From Octopus sinensis (taxonomy: Eukaryota), in NCBI RefSeq assembly GCF_006345805.1, contig NC_043004.1, forward strand, positions 620,001-684,000: 64,000 nt of DNA, given 5' to 3'. The notes under the pieces are model-generated. The model was not told the DNA's origin. It saw only the letters and a program-made list of their open reading frames with translations, and made no database searches. A program made the translations under genes and the position numbers. Below, piece after piece: positions 13,626 through 27,680 of this stretch; position 1 is the first letter of the stretch; the number at the start of each line of letters is the position of its first letter.

Positions 13626-13978
13626 GGAATGTATGGCTTTTCTTAGCAGCAACAGTAGTAGTAGTAGTTCTTTTCATGTCAGTGTCTTCGGTACCAATGT
13701 GAATCAGGTCCCGCCAGTGAGGTTGGTTCGAGGCATGCATCTCCCAGACGTCAATCATAATTTTGCAGTTTTTAAGAGATATTTTAGGCCGTCCGCGAAT
13801 CTCTGTTAATATCGTGGTTCCCGAGACAGAGTTCGTTACGGAGAAGTTGCTTTGGAATACAGTGGTCTGGCATGCAGACTATCAGCAACCAAAGGTACAC
13901 GATTAGAATGTTGGTTTCCTGAAGCATGAGAATGTTAGGGATCTTGTCCTGCCGACGGAAGTGCAGGATGCTGCCAAG

Positions 13979-14339
13979 GTACGTGGCACTCCGTCGGTTA
14001 CGGCGACGAGGGTTCCAGTTGATCCGATCAACGGGACAACCTGCTCGTGAAATTAACGTGCAAGTGGCTGAGCACTCCACAGACACGTGTACCTTTAACG
14101 TAGTTCTCGGGGAGATTCAGCGTGACACAGTGTGACCCTTAGAAATACAGGTACAACAGAAACAGGAAGAAAGAGTGAGAGGAAGTTGTGAAAGAGTACA
14201 GCAGTGATCGCCACCACCACCCGCCGGAGCTTCGTGAAACTTTAGGTGTTTTTGCTCAATAAACACTCACAACGCCCGGTCAGGGAATCGAAACTGCGAG
14301 TCCGCTGCCCTAACCACTGGGCCATTGCATCTCCACGCC
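13979..14339 (-). mobile_element. tRNA-derived SINE (family C) inserted in the RTE relic
   Basis: Minus-strand head tggcccagtggttagggcagcggactcgc; flanked by gccaag direct repeat; related to 25038-25337 (+), 28210-28510 and 53219-53518 (-). Confidence 0.75.
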
Positions 14340-14400
14340 GCCAAGATGTCATGTGTGGAAATAATTGAGTTGGTTTGCATATCTACTGATTATTCAGGAT

Positions 14401-15045
14401 CAGTGGCGACTAGTTGGGGTGCTGCTTCAGAAAATTTTTAGCCGTTGTTTTAATATTGTGTAGAAGGAAACAAACATATAAAAAGAATATTTATCCGTAA
14501 ACTTGATCGGTTCGCGTTTTAGCCATTGCCGGGTAGTGAACACTGCCGTGAATTCTGCCTTGTTTTTCAAAAGTCCCCACTAAATCACAAAATAAGTGGG
14601 GAAAATCTGCCCTACTTTTCAAATCCTGACAGTAACACTATATGGAAGCAGAATAATAATCTAATTCTACACTTTATCACATTCAAGACACGCGGAATAA
14701 AAAAGAAACACTACCTTTCACCAGCGCCCCAGGGTCGGCACTGTGTGAACCATAGTGCTCTCTCTCTCTCCATAGCGTGCAGCTTTCTATCTCGGAAATG
14801 TGAGCATGCGCACAACAGCCAAACACCGCGTCGCTGTAACTGTGAAGCGCACAGTTCTATACAAAAATTTTTGTATTTTTTTCATAAACTAGGGGATGGC
14901 TACTGACATTTAAGGATTATATAATGTACGAGTATAAAGAAAGAATTACAGAAAAAAGGACTCGTTATATTGAATGTTACCGATAATATCGAGTGGAAAT
15001 GGGGGGTGCTGCAGTTCCGCAGTGCCTATACACGAGCCACCACTG
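14401..15045. mobile_element. hAT-type non-autonomous element
   Basis: Termini CAGTGGCG...CCACCACTG with 8-bp TSD ttcaggat / ttcagggt (7/8); interrupts the RTE reading frame. Confidence 0.8.
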
Positions 15046-17545
15046 TTCAGGGTTCACATGTATAGAGAAACTTTAGGACAACAACTGTGCGGTATATTTT
15101 CTGTTTGGTTACGAAATTAGTTAGTCTGTGTTTTCGCACATTCACCCAGTTTGTCGATGCTACCCTGGCTTTGGAGCAGTGGCATAGCATGGGAGTTGGC
15201 CGTTATGTGCTGTATCCAAGCAGGTCACTCTTTCCTTATATGGAACATAACTTTGACTTGAGCAAACACACGCATATCAAGTGGCCACCCCGATGGGATC
15301 CGCACGCCCCACGTATCTCGCACAGCCGACACCCCTACGACTGTTAGACTTTGTGGTCTAACAGCCGACCTCTTCTCAATCGATATTTACTGCTCTTAAC
15401 AGTGTGCAACCGAGACACGTGAATCTGTCAACAATATGTATTTTTTTCTTTTGTCTCTTTAGAAAATCTGACAATCATGCTATAGGTTTCCAGGCGAATG
15501 ACCTTCGTCTTTATGTTTATTATGAGGTCAAAGTTGTCGCAGGTTGTTCACAACAGGTCCACCACCCTCTCTTTATCCGCTTTGAGAGAATGGTTTTCGA
15601 CGAAGAGAAAACCCCCCGAGAACAGTCTCACTGAAGACAGTGGGCGTCTGAAAACTTGCATAACTTGCCATCAATATGGTACCTGAAGCAGATGAACGGG
15701 GTGTCACACGGCACCCCGATGGCATTCTATCTTGATGGGCACCTTTTATTTTACTGGGAAGGTGTCACATATTTGTTCGGCATCAAATACGCAGACCATC
15801 ATGCTTATGGAAATGTCAGCCTATTCTAATAAATCCGCTGGGGAAGCGAAACTTCTCTGTGATCTTCCAAGAGACGTCCTCGCTGAATTTGCCAAGAGTC
15901 TTTTGTCAAGTCGACAAATGTCATGTAGAGATCGTAGAGTTGTTGTCAGAATTTTTGTTGGCGTTGATATACTACGAAGAATCTTGTCTATAGCCCCACG
16001 ATCGGCACGGAAGACACATTGACTTTGTGGAAAGAGATCTTGTTGTACGTGTTCCAGTTGACACTTGAGCAGGAAACGGGCCAGGATTTTACTCTGCGAT
16101 GAACAGGAGAGTTGTCGCATAGCTGGTGTTTCCCTTTTCTTGCGCAATGTCGGAATGTTTGAAGTTCTGGAGACTTTTCTCTTTGCTCCATTGGGGAAGA
16201 TGTCAGTCAGGTGTGCATGGGCGAACGTCACAACTATTTTGTATACACCAGCAGGAATGACGTCAGCATTAGGGATTTTGGCGCTGGATATCAACGAGAT
16301 AATCTTCATGGCTTCAGGGAGTGTAGGTGGGAAGCCAGGCTTGTGGTTTACTTCTCCCGTGAAAAGCGACTTACATTATACTCATTGATTAAAGATGGTC
16401 GGTTGAGTACATTATCAAGGTTTCTATCTCTCTAGTAACAGCTGCTTGTCTTTGAGCAATGTTTGGTTTTCATAACCGGAAAACAAAAAAGGGTGGGATG
16501 ATCCCGAGAACTGTAGACCGTAGATGTTAATGAATCATCTCAGATCTCGCATGTCTGGGAAAAAAAACCCTCTCAATTTCGTCTACTTTAGCACTAATTC
16601 AGAAGTCTTGCATCTCTCGAAGCCTTCTCAGTACAGCATGGGGGAATCTAAATTTAAAAAATGCCGTATTACTTGTTACCGACGGATATTTCCAATGGAA
16701 TCGGTATCGTTGATTCTCGCCAGGAAATCGAACGCGTTTCAACTCGTCATTCTCAACGAAAGCAATCCTGGTAGTTACGAATAGCTGGTCCAATATGCTT
16801 TCGGACAGTTTGATAAATATTGAATCTGAAGGAGACACAGCGTTTCTTCAGTTACGTAATATAAAAAAATATTGCATTTTTTCATTAATTTCAAACTATA
16901 ATATTTCTAAAAATATTGCCAAATCAATGGAGGTTTAACATTGCATAATATAATAACGGGAAAGTCTCTGAGCAACAAATCAAGTTAAAAGGAATTGCTT
17001 AAACGGAATTTAATGTTTCCAGTTTGTCTGGATTCCATGGACATCGTTGGTACTTCTGAAACGCAATCTATTTATTTGCTTATTTATTCATTCGATAAAG
17101 AAAAAAAAAAAAGAAAGACTATTCCTGTTCCTCGTCAGCTTAATCAAGTAAGCATATCTTGGGTGGGAAATGCCGACGGGGGTATGGATGCAGTGACGTC
17201 ACTAGAGAATCTTCTTCTTCTTCTTCTTCTTCTTCTTCTTCTTCTTCTTCTTCTTCCTCCTCCTCCTCCTCCCCCTCCTCCTCCTCTTCTTCTTCTTCTT
17301 CTTCTTCTTCTTCTTCTTCTTCTTCTTCTTCTTCTTCTTCTTCTTCAAGCTACGAGCTGGCAGAGTCGTTAGCATGCCGGAGAAAATACTTAGTGGTATT
17401 TCGTCCGTCACTACGTTCTGAGCTCAAATTCCGCATAGGCCAACTTTGCCTTTCATCCTTTCGGGGGTTGATAAATTAAGTACCAGTGAAACACTGGAGT
17501 CAATGTAATCACCAAATTTCAGGCCTTGTGACTTTAGTAGAAAGG

Positions 17546-17595
<50 letters not shown>

Positions 17596-17604
17596 TATTA
17601 TTAT

Positions 17605-18228
<624 letters not shown>

Positions 18229-18239
18229 GGGACAATTAT

Positions 18240-18322
<83 letters not shown>

Positions 18323-18367
18323 ATCATTATTATCATTATTATTATTTATTATTATTATTATTATTAT

Positions 18368-18910
18368 TGAGTGAGAGAGCAGTTCATGCCATAAAAGTGA
18401 CACTGGGGTAAAATATACGAAGCCCAATATACCCATCATGACTACCCGTCTGATAAAGGTACACCAGGCACATGCATCACAACCATATTTGCGCGACATG
18501 GTGATCTCATATCAAGATAAACAGCACATGACCTTGCAGGTGGGGCCCAGTTAGAATTTTCTTCAGGTTGAGTAGCCCATCTCACTCAAACGGTCCCTGA
18601 ATAAGGGTTGTTTAAGGATGTTGAAAGAACCACCCATGTTTCCAGAGGTGAATTATTCAAACCCCAAAGAATCCCTCTCAACACATGGCTATGATGCTCC
18701 CCCACTACTTCTGCTCGTGATCAGAGATGCACATATCGTCAGCCACTAAGGGACATGCTCAACTGGTTAAGGTCAAACAACTGACAGGCAAATCTGTGGT
18801 ATTGAGCAGAATATTTGCTGTAGCCCATCTTTTATACCAAGACAAAACAATGTACATGATAACACTTCCAATCAGTTAAGATCAGAAGCCATGAGAGCCA
18901 CTGCCTGGTA
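18368..18910. mobile_element. ~540-bp interspersed repeat, copy 2, inside (TTA)n
   Basis: gagtgagagagcag...gagagccactgcctggtac with (TTA)n on both sides. Confidence 0.85.
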
Positions 18911-18911
18911 C

Positions 18912-18973
<62 letters not shown>

Positions 18974-19026
18974 TTTTTATATTATTATTATTATTATTAT
19001 TATTTATTATTATTATTATTATTATC

Positions 19027-19068
<42 letters not shown>

Positions 19069-19078
19069 CATTATCATT

Positions 19079-19114
<36 letters not shown>

Positions 19115-19156
19115 TATTATTATTATTATTTATTTTTATCATTATTATCATTATTA

Positions 19157-19221
<65 letters not shown>

Positions 19222-19679
19222 TATCATCATCATCATCATCATCATCAAGGTGATGAACCGGCAGAAACGTTAGCACGCCGAGCGAAATGCTTAGCAGCAT
19301 TTCGTCTGCCGCTACGTTCTGAGTTCAAATTCCGCCGAGGTCGACTTTGCTTTTCATCCTTTCGGGGTCGATTAAATAAGTACCAGTTACACACTGGGGT
19401 CGATCTAATCGACTTAATCCGTTTGTCTGTCCTTGTTTGTCCTCTCTGTGTTTAGCCCCTTGTGGATAGTAAAGAAATAGAAATAGGTATTTCGCCTGTC
19501 TTTACGTTCTGAGTTCAAATTCCGCTGGGGTCAACTTTGCTTGTCATTATTTCGGGGGCGATGAATTAAGTACCGATGTAATAGACTAGTCCCCTCCCCA
19601 CCAGATTTGAGGCCTTGTACCTCCAGTAGAAATTACCATTATTATCATTATTATTATTACTCTTTATCACAGAATTTGT

Positions 19680-20170
19680 TGGTGCTCCTGGAGTTTCGCA
19701 TGCATTGCGGACTTACTGTCTGCAACCTACTGGACTATGAAATCTGTTCCTTTCTTGTTTATTCTGGCCTTGCCAAAGAGGCAAACCTTTTGTAACAGTT
19801 CTACTAGGCACTCTATTCCAATTTCCATATTTTCCTTGATGCTTTCTGATACAGTTCCCAAGGACCCAACAATAATTGGCACTATCTTCACCTTCTTCAT
19901 TTTCCATAGCCAGGCTATTTCGTACTTAACCTTCTTAACTATTAGTGGGTCAAAGGAGCACGCAACATCAACTATATAGCATATGTGGTGCACCTTGTCC
20001 ACCACCACTTGGTCCGTTCTGTTAGGCTGTAGCACCTCATCTGTTTGGATTGGGAAACACCCAGAGAATTTTGGTAGTCTCTGACCCCGCCACTCTCTGC
20101 GGTTTCTACTCACACCACATCTTGTCTATTTCTAGCCCCCGCTTTTCGCACAGTTTCCAATGTAGCACTT
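19680..20170 (-). mobile_element. R4/Dong-type non-LTR retrotransposon 3' fragment (RLE endonuclease)
   Basis: PIQTDEVLQPNRTDQVVVDK..CYIVDVACSFD...YEIAWLWKMKKVKIVPIIVGSLG: PD-(D/E)xK-type RLE region. Confidence 0.8.
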
Positions 20171-20174
20171 TAGC

Positions 20175-20205
<31 letters not shown>

Positions 20206-20497
20206 GGTGGTAGTAGTAGATCTTCGCTGATCTGAAGATGTCAAATGAAGAGACAAGCAAGAAAAATTTGCAAAGCATAGATCAGTGCATTTTCCAAATG
20301 TGATATTCGGAGTATCAGCCGGGTGAAGTGTCGCCTTTCATTAAATAAATTAACAGTCCAGAGCAGCAACGTGTATTGTGTACTTAATGTGTTTCGTACA
20401 TTTGAAGGAGTTCAATGCAGAGAAATAAGTATATATAAAATACGATGACGTAATAAAAGTAATGTAACCCAAAACAGACAGTAAAACAAACAAAATG

Positions 20498-20535
<38 letters not shown>

Positions 20536-20538
<3 letters not shown>

Positions 20539-21143
20539 TATAAGGTGTGTTATGAGCGTTTATAGGATACAATCCTATATAAACTCAACTAATGATTAAA
20601 GATGGAGAAGAGATGTTAAAAGTTTTAAAAAATTTAATCTGTGCATACGATCGTTTCAAATGATAACACCAACATGTAAGAACTATGGAAAAAATTAAAT
20701 TAATTATAATTATAATTACATTAATTTAATTTAATTACGTATTACCATTCTCCTCAGGCAACCACTTTGAGTCTGTGTCGCAAAACTCAATCGGATATTC
20801 ATAAATTGATTGTGTAAGATGAAATATAAGACCATGGTTAGGTAGTGTTGAGTCTAGTTGTGGTCTTCTGTAATATTCTTCTCTTACTACCTTTCCTGGT
20901 GTTTTCTTTATCTTTTGCACTGAGGTGAATGGTAATACGTGATTAAATTAATTTAATTAATTTAATTATGATTAATTTAATTTTTTCCATGTTTCTTACA
21001 TGTTGGTGTTATCATTTGAAACGATCGCATGCATGGATTACATTTTTATAAAACTTTTAACATCTTCTCTTCTCTGTCTTTAATTGTTAGTTGAGTTCAT
21101 ATAGGATTATATCCTATAAACGCTCATAACACACCTTATACTT
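20536..21143. mobile_element. Inverted-repeat element with degenerate hammerheads (PLE-like)
   Basis: Arms about 20536-20757 and 20920-21143; each has ctgagg(a/t)...gaaacgatcg(t/c)a. Confidence 0.7.
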
Positions 21144-21261
21144 GTTAAATTTTCGTATTTTTAAAATAAATATTTACATTAGTAAGCTACAATTTAAATG
21201 TGAAGAATCTTAATTAGAAATCTAACTTTGAACCCCACCAAAGCAAAAATTTCTACATGAA

Positions 21262-21293
<32 letters not shown>

Positions 21294-21302
21294 CCCACAC
21301 AC

Positions 21303-21440
21303 ATACAATAATCCCTCGCCATATCGCGGTTCACCTATCGCACACTCAGTACATCGCGCTTCACCTAGATCGCGGATTTTTCTGGCTGAAATATGTAAAT
21401 TTATATCGCGGACTCCTCAGTATATCGCGGGTTTCTGGAG
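21303..21440 (+). mobile_element. Tigger/pogo-like terminal fragment
   Basis: ta-caataatccctcgccatatcgcggttcacctatcgc resembles Tigger termini; CpG-rich patch in AT-rich DNA. Confidence 0.45.
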
Positions 21441-22741
21441 CCGATAGGTATTTATATTTTTTAGGTCTTCATTATTTCTGTGGCAGGTTTTGGGACGTAA
21501 CAGCCACGATAGTCGAAGGATTACCGTATGTGCCTAATCGCTGGTTGAGCAGAGTGGCGCTGTGGAGGTGTGCTAGATCGACCAGAGGTCACAAAAGATG
21601 TTTAAGGACTGAAATAAATAAAAGATAAAAAATGTTAGTCTAAAAGAAAAGGAAACTTAAATGTCACGAATGGAAAGCCTTTGATTTCAGGTCTTCTTTT
21701 TCGGTTTTAACCAGGAGCAAAACAACTATTACACTAGTTGTTCAACCATAGATTAACCATAAATCTTCAACCATTTACTTCAACCATGGATTAACCATAA
21801 ATAAATTTAATTTTGCTGTTTAGGGAGGGCCATTACGCCAATAGTAACAACACACACACTGGTTCAATATTACTTCTTTATTTTTAGTCATTTGGTTAAA
21901 TATCTATCCAATAATCTAATTTCATTTAATTTTATTGTGTTGTTTTCAGAAACGAAAATAGGCGGAGTAGAGTGTGGAGGCAAAGGTGGGGGAGATTCTA
22001 TATATTTTAACCTGAATCTGAAATCGAAATTCAATATGTGAAAAGAGATTTTTGATTTTATTCTTTGAAATAAATATAAATTTTACTCTGTTTCATCAAC
22101 ATACACTTTTTTAATGGCTCCTGTCTTTTGACTGTGGCCATGTTTGTGTAGACCCCGAAAAATGTTTTAGTCGAAGATATCGACCCTGTTGCTTCAGCTG
22201 ATGTCTTATCGATCTCCGTTTATCGACTGGCTAAGACTACCTTAGCATAGAGGGACATAAGTCAGACTAAATATCATTATATAACTACACACACATATTT
22301 ACATATACTTACACATACATGTATACGTACATGCATGCACACACACACATATATACATGTACATATATATATATACACATACACATACATATATACATAT
22401 ACATCCACATACATACAAAAATACATATATATACATACATTACATACATACCTACATACATACATACATACATAATACATACATACACATATTTACATAT
22501 ACATACACACACACACAAACACATATATATACATACATACACTACATACATACCTACATACATACGCACATACATACATGCATGCATACACACACATATA
22601 TTTACATATACATACACACATACATATATACGAGTGAGTTTGAAAGAGACGGGTTTCTGTTAGAGGCTCATCGTGAAACTAAGTCGCACGGCGTCGAATC
22701 AAACTGTTTCATAACACATACACCTCCCCCACACTATACCC

Positions 22742-22809
<68 letters not shown>

Positions 22810-23086
22810 GGCCGACAGGGTTCAGGCTGAACCTTCGAAGTTACTGTCACCTCTCTTCTTGAAAAAGTGTACTAATTATATTTTCTGCAAATAGTATTGA
22901 GTAATTTTTTCCGCTTAATGTTAAATTATTTTTATTATAGAAATAATACATTTCTAAATCTCTCAGAGAGATTTTTACAGTAGCAGCACGATAAAGTGAT
23001 CGTATGCTGACAAGTTAATGTGGCAGTCCCATGAAAGAGAAGAATGCTACTGTTATTTAGCTCTAGGAAACACCATTTTCTAAACA

Positions 23087-23163
<77 letters not shown>

Positions 23164-25489
23164 CTCGGTATGTCTGTCAATCTGTCTGTCCGTCTGTCAG
23201 TATGTATGTATGTATGTATGTGAATTTCGTCGATGGCTTCAACTTTCTGGTTAACTGCTTTTATCATTCTGCATTATGAGATCATATAAAAATTCCCAAA
23301 AATTCAATTTATTTCATTCCTACCAAATAAATGCGTAAATAAATATATTAATAAAATGATTTGAATGGAAATTCTCATCTTTAAATATTTGCACACACGA
23401 CATCCCAGGAGTCCCCAGCGACAGTTATTGTAAAGGAGACAATCCCTACTAGATAAGTCTCCAATCGTCCCACGATGTTGTGATTGAATTTTATATTGAA
23501 GAATAACGAAAAAGATGCACAGAAGCGACAGGTTTTCTTTACTCATCACAAAGATCCTAATTAATTTTTTATCTTTTACTTGTTTCAGTCATTAAACTGT
23601 GGCCATGCTGGGGCATCGCCTTGAAGAATTTTTAGTCGAATGTATCGACCCCAGTATTTATTTTCTTTTAAAACTTGGAGCTTATTGTATCGGTCTCTTA
23701 ATATCGATGCGCTAAGTTGCAGGAACGTACCCCACCAACACAACAGACTTCTTTCAGTTTCCGTCAACCAAATCCACTCACAAGGCTTTGATCGGCCCGA
23801 GGCTATTGTAGAAGACACTTGCCCAAGGTGCCACGCATTGGGACTGAACCCGGAACTATGTGGTTGGTAAGCAAGCTACTTATCACGCAGCCACGCCAGC
23901 GCCTGACCCTAAATATTTTGAATGCAAATTATTTTGGTTTGGAATCCTGAGCAAAACATAAACCTAGGCAAATGTATTGCACTCAATTAAATATTTTAGG
24001 AAGTTAGACAATTTGGGAAACAGTCAAAGAATGTGCTATTTTTGTCTTCGTTGATCGTTTAAAAACCAGCAAGAGAGCGAGAGAAGAGAATACAAGAAAG
24101 ATAGAAAAGCGGGGGGGGGGGGTGACTGTATACAGAATAATTACTTCCAGAGTATTACTACTTCGTGAATAATTTCATAAATGTAATTAAGATTAGTCTT
24201 GTCGACGAACAAAACTCACAAGCCGTATTTGGTGTCATCATTTCAAGTCTAGATAATATACTTCAGTCGCGATTCTGTCGGTGTTTTATCCTTCGTTGTG
24301 TAAGCACAGACAATTTCTTCGAAAATATAACCTTCGCTATCACCAAGCTCATGAATAAATAAATAAATTAGAATTTGCTGCCAAATTCAGTTGAACATGT
24401 GGAGCCCTTGAGGACAGTTATTGTAAGGGAGACAATAATTAATGGATAAACCTTAAATCATAGAACCGAGAAGTTTGCATTTTATACTTATGAAGACCGG
24501 AAAAGATGCCCCGAATATACACGTTTTTAAATTCCTTAGAAAGATCATAAATAGTTTTTAATCATTGGTAATCATGTAAGCGCCATTTCATTCTTGTTTT
24601 GAATCATCTGGATTAATTTACCTTCAGCTGATATATTACATTCAATGACGCCTTTTACGAAGTGAGATAGTTTAGAGGATGTTTATGGAAAATGTTTTTT
24701 CTCCGTAGTTCAGTGAGTGAGAGAGAACAGATTCTGTGAAGCATTTTGTGAAGTGAGATAGTTTGGAAGACATTCAAAGAAAAATGTGTACATTATTTAC
24801 ATTTGACGGATATTTGTCCTCATCTTGTTTGTTGTTAATATTTCGGCTGATGTACTCTCCAGCCTTCATCAGGTGTCCTGGGGGAATTTCGAACCTGGAT
24901 AATCATTCCTAAGGTATTTTCCCGATCTTCTTCTTCTTCTTCTTCTTCTTCTTATTATTATTATTATTCAGGTCACTGCCTGGGATCGAACTCGGAATCT
25001 TAGGGTTAGTAGCCCGCGCTCTTAACCACTACGCCATGTGGAGGCACATGGCCTAGTGGTTAGAGCAGCGGACTCGCGGTCGAGGGATCGCGGATTCGAA
25101 TCTCAGACCGGGCGATGTGTGTGTTTATGAGCGAAACACCCAAGCTCCACGCGGCTCCGGCAGAAGGTAATGGCAAACTTCTGCTGACTCTTTCGCCACA
25201 ACTTTCTCTCACTCTTTCCTCCTGCATCTTGCAGCTCACCTGCGACGGACCGGCGTCCGGTTCAGGTGGGGAACCTATACGCCAAGGAAACCGGGAAACC
25301 GGCCCTTATGGACCAGGCATGGCTCGAGAAGGAACGAACTATGCCATATGCCCGTGGGTAGTGACCTGAATAATAATAATAGTAATAGCAATAATAATAA
25401 TAATAATAATAAGAAGAAGAAGCAGAAAAAGAAGAAGAAGAAGAAGAAGAAGAAAAAGAAAAAGAAGAAAAAGAAGAAAAAGAAGAAAG

Positions 25490-25790
25490 AAAAGTTGAGA
25501 GATATGACAGGTTAGCTTGGGAAGTTAAGCAGTTGTGGTAGATGAAAAAGGTAGCAGTAGAACCAATAATCGTCGGAGCCCTGTGAACAGTGAACAAAAC
25601 TCTCAAGAAGTACGTGAAACAAATAGGGGCTACAATAAGGGTGGAGCACTTCCAGAAAACAGCACTGCTTGGAACAGCTCGAATACTCCGGAAGGTGCTC
25701 GAAAAATAAGAGGTGTTACCTTAGTTCACTGGTAGTGAACAGCTGACACTGTAGTACATTTCCAGCGTTAGAAGCTGTGCAAAGACAATA
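25490..25790 (+). mobile_element. R4/Dong-type LINE 3' fragment
   Basis: KVERYDRLAWEVKQLW*MKKVAVEPIIVGAL...QKTALLGTARILRKVLE, ending in (TAA)n. Confidence 0.75.
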
Positions 25791-25819
25791 ATAATAATAA
25801 TAATAATAATATGATGATA

Positions 25820-25875
<56 letters not shown>

Positions 25876-25938
25876 AAAACAACAACAACATCAGAAAAAT
25901 ATCTTAGGAATGAGAACCAAGGTTCGAAATTTTCCCAA

Positions 25939-25984
25939 GAGACCTGATGAAGGCTGGAAGGTACATCAGCCGAAACGTTGTGTT
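25939..25984 (+). ncRNA. Minimal type I hammerhead ribozyme motif
   Basis: gagac-CTGATGA-a-ggctg(loop)cagcc-GAAA-CGTT-gtgtt; stem III reduced to palindromic ACGT; GUU triplet; one mismatch in stem I. Confidence 0.6.
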
Positions 25985-27409
25985 AACAACAAAGACGAAG
26001 ACAAATATCCGTCAAATGTAAATATTGTAAATAATGTACATAATTCCTCGTCTCTTTAATATAGAACTGAAAAATGTGTTATTTTCGTTATAAATTTTTC
26101 GTAAACCAGCAAATGAGAGAAGTGAATAATGTAGAGAGAGAAAAGTCCTGCATATAAATCAATTACTTCCAAGGAATTGCTTCCTGGTGAAAATATTTAT
26201 AAAATGCAGTTTCTATAGGATAGACTTGATTGCAAACAAATTTCCCAGACTGATTGCGGTATCGATTTTCATAATTTTTATACAATAAAAATATGGTATA
26301 TTTTTATAAATCATTGGTTGTCGCGTATATAGCTATTTTATTTTTGCATGAGATCATTAACAAGACTTAAACTCAGGCAAATATATTATCGGGTACTCTA
26401 GCAAATTAGAATTCAAAGCCAGAGTGAACTGGAAACCTACACTCCTTGAAGGCTGTGATTTTACGGGAAATAATTTCCATTAAATAAGTTTTAAATCATC
26501 TGCAGACTGAAGAACCTGAAGTTTAACTTTCAAATTAATGATGATGCATAGAATATACACATATTTTCTTATTACGAAAATCGTTAATATTTTCTAGTCG
26601 TTCGTTATCTTTTACAGGGGCATTTTGCTCTTGTTTGGAACAAGTAGCAAGACATGAGCCTAAGTAAATATCTGTAGTGGCTTCATGCAGGCATGGCGTG
26701 GATTCGATCCTCGATAGCCAAATTTCACTTAACAGTTCAACATCACTTTTCTCACAGTAAAACAATATTTTTCCTGTGAGTGACAGCAGTTACATTTGCC
26801 AGATGCCTTCGCTAAGCAGAATAATGTCTTTGCCACTTGACCCTTCTAACCTCTTCTAGGCCACCAAAAACTAGAATAGAGATAACAGACCGCCAATGAA
26901 ATCTATTGTTCTCAAAAATATGTCTATCCTTCTGGCTGGTTTTGGATAGTTATAAAAACAAGAACTCCGTAAGCCAAAGTCAGTGAGAACCGAATCTGGT
27001 TGACCGGCTGAACAAAACGCCGTCTCTAAAGGAAAAGGTACAAAAGGACAACTATGGTAACTCACCAACGAAGCAGTTGTTTCGTCCCACCACTCTCACT
27101 TTCGCTAACTCACTTTCTTTTCTCTGTAACATTACCATATCTCTCTATATTCTACTATGAGGACGTGTACACACACATACCGGCCGAAATTAATTATTTT
27201 TACCTCGCATGCTTTTCCATTTACTAATTATACATACCAACCCGTCGTAGTTTTGAATATATATAAACTAACGGTAAATAAATATTTCTTACAACTTCGA
27301 TCACTGTTCTGCTTCCGTCTTGCATACTGGCAACCGACACCTTTACAACAACCGTTACACATATATATTACATTCAATTAAATATTTTACGAAGTAAGAT
27401 AGTTTAGAT

Positions 27410-27680
27410 CAGTGCTTCTCAAACTATCTGATGTGGTGTACCGGCAGTTTTTTTTCCCAATGTGCCAGGGACCAGTAATATTTCTTAGTAATATTAATTT
27501 ATACCGGAAACAATATATATAATGAATATAATAAAAGCTGACAATTTTTTAATGTTATATTTATTTTGTAAACAAATAATACAATATTACATAAGCATTT
27601 TATAAGCATTTTATAATGCTTCTTTCTTTTCTGGAAACTCGACGCGTACCGGCAGCGAGCTACCACTTTGAGTAGCACTG
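27410..27680. mobile_element. hAT (Charlie-like) MITE
   Basis: TIR CAGTGCTTCTCAAA / TTTGAGTAGCACTG with a perfect 8-bp TSD gtttagat; splits one unit of the tandem array. Confidence 0.92.

Larger units (their letters stand above)
13780..16370 (-). mobile_element. Degenerate RTE (BovB-like) LINE reverse transcriptase region, interrupted by younger insertions
   Basis: Fragments KIPNADVIPAGVYK, KILARFLL...FPQSQCVFRADRGAIDKI, KIYRTVVVLKFLYTCE, SILHFRRQDKIPN, MPDHCIPKQLL occur in RTE order. Confidence 0.8.
24791..26068. mobile_element. Palindromic element: central tRNA-like module flanked by inverted hammerhead-bearing arms
   Basis: Arms about 24791-24978 (-) and 25357-26040 (+); direct repeat aaaaatgtgt on both sides; nested SINE at 25038-25337 and Dong-like fragment at 25490-25790. 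Confidence 0.7.

Noticed and set aside
24968-25110. Apparent tRNA genes here and at 3834, 7984, 14290 and 53470
   Set aside because: A and B boxes are present but acceptor stems and cloverleaves are incomplete and each runs into a repeat body; these are SINE heads.
26140-26190. SLEVIDLYAG resembling cytosine methyltransferase motif I; KYG..YIYEI near 24200 resembling piggyBac transposase
   Set aside because: No GxGG, PC or ENV motifs follow, and the resemblances are not kept across array copies.
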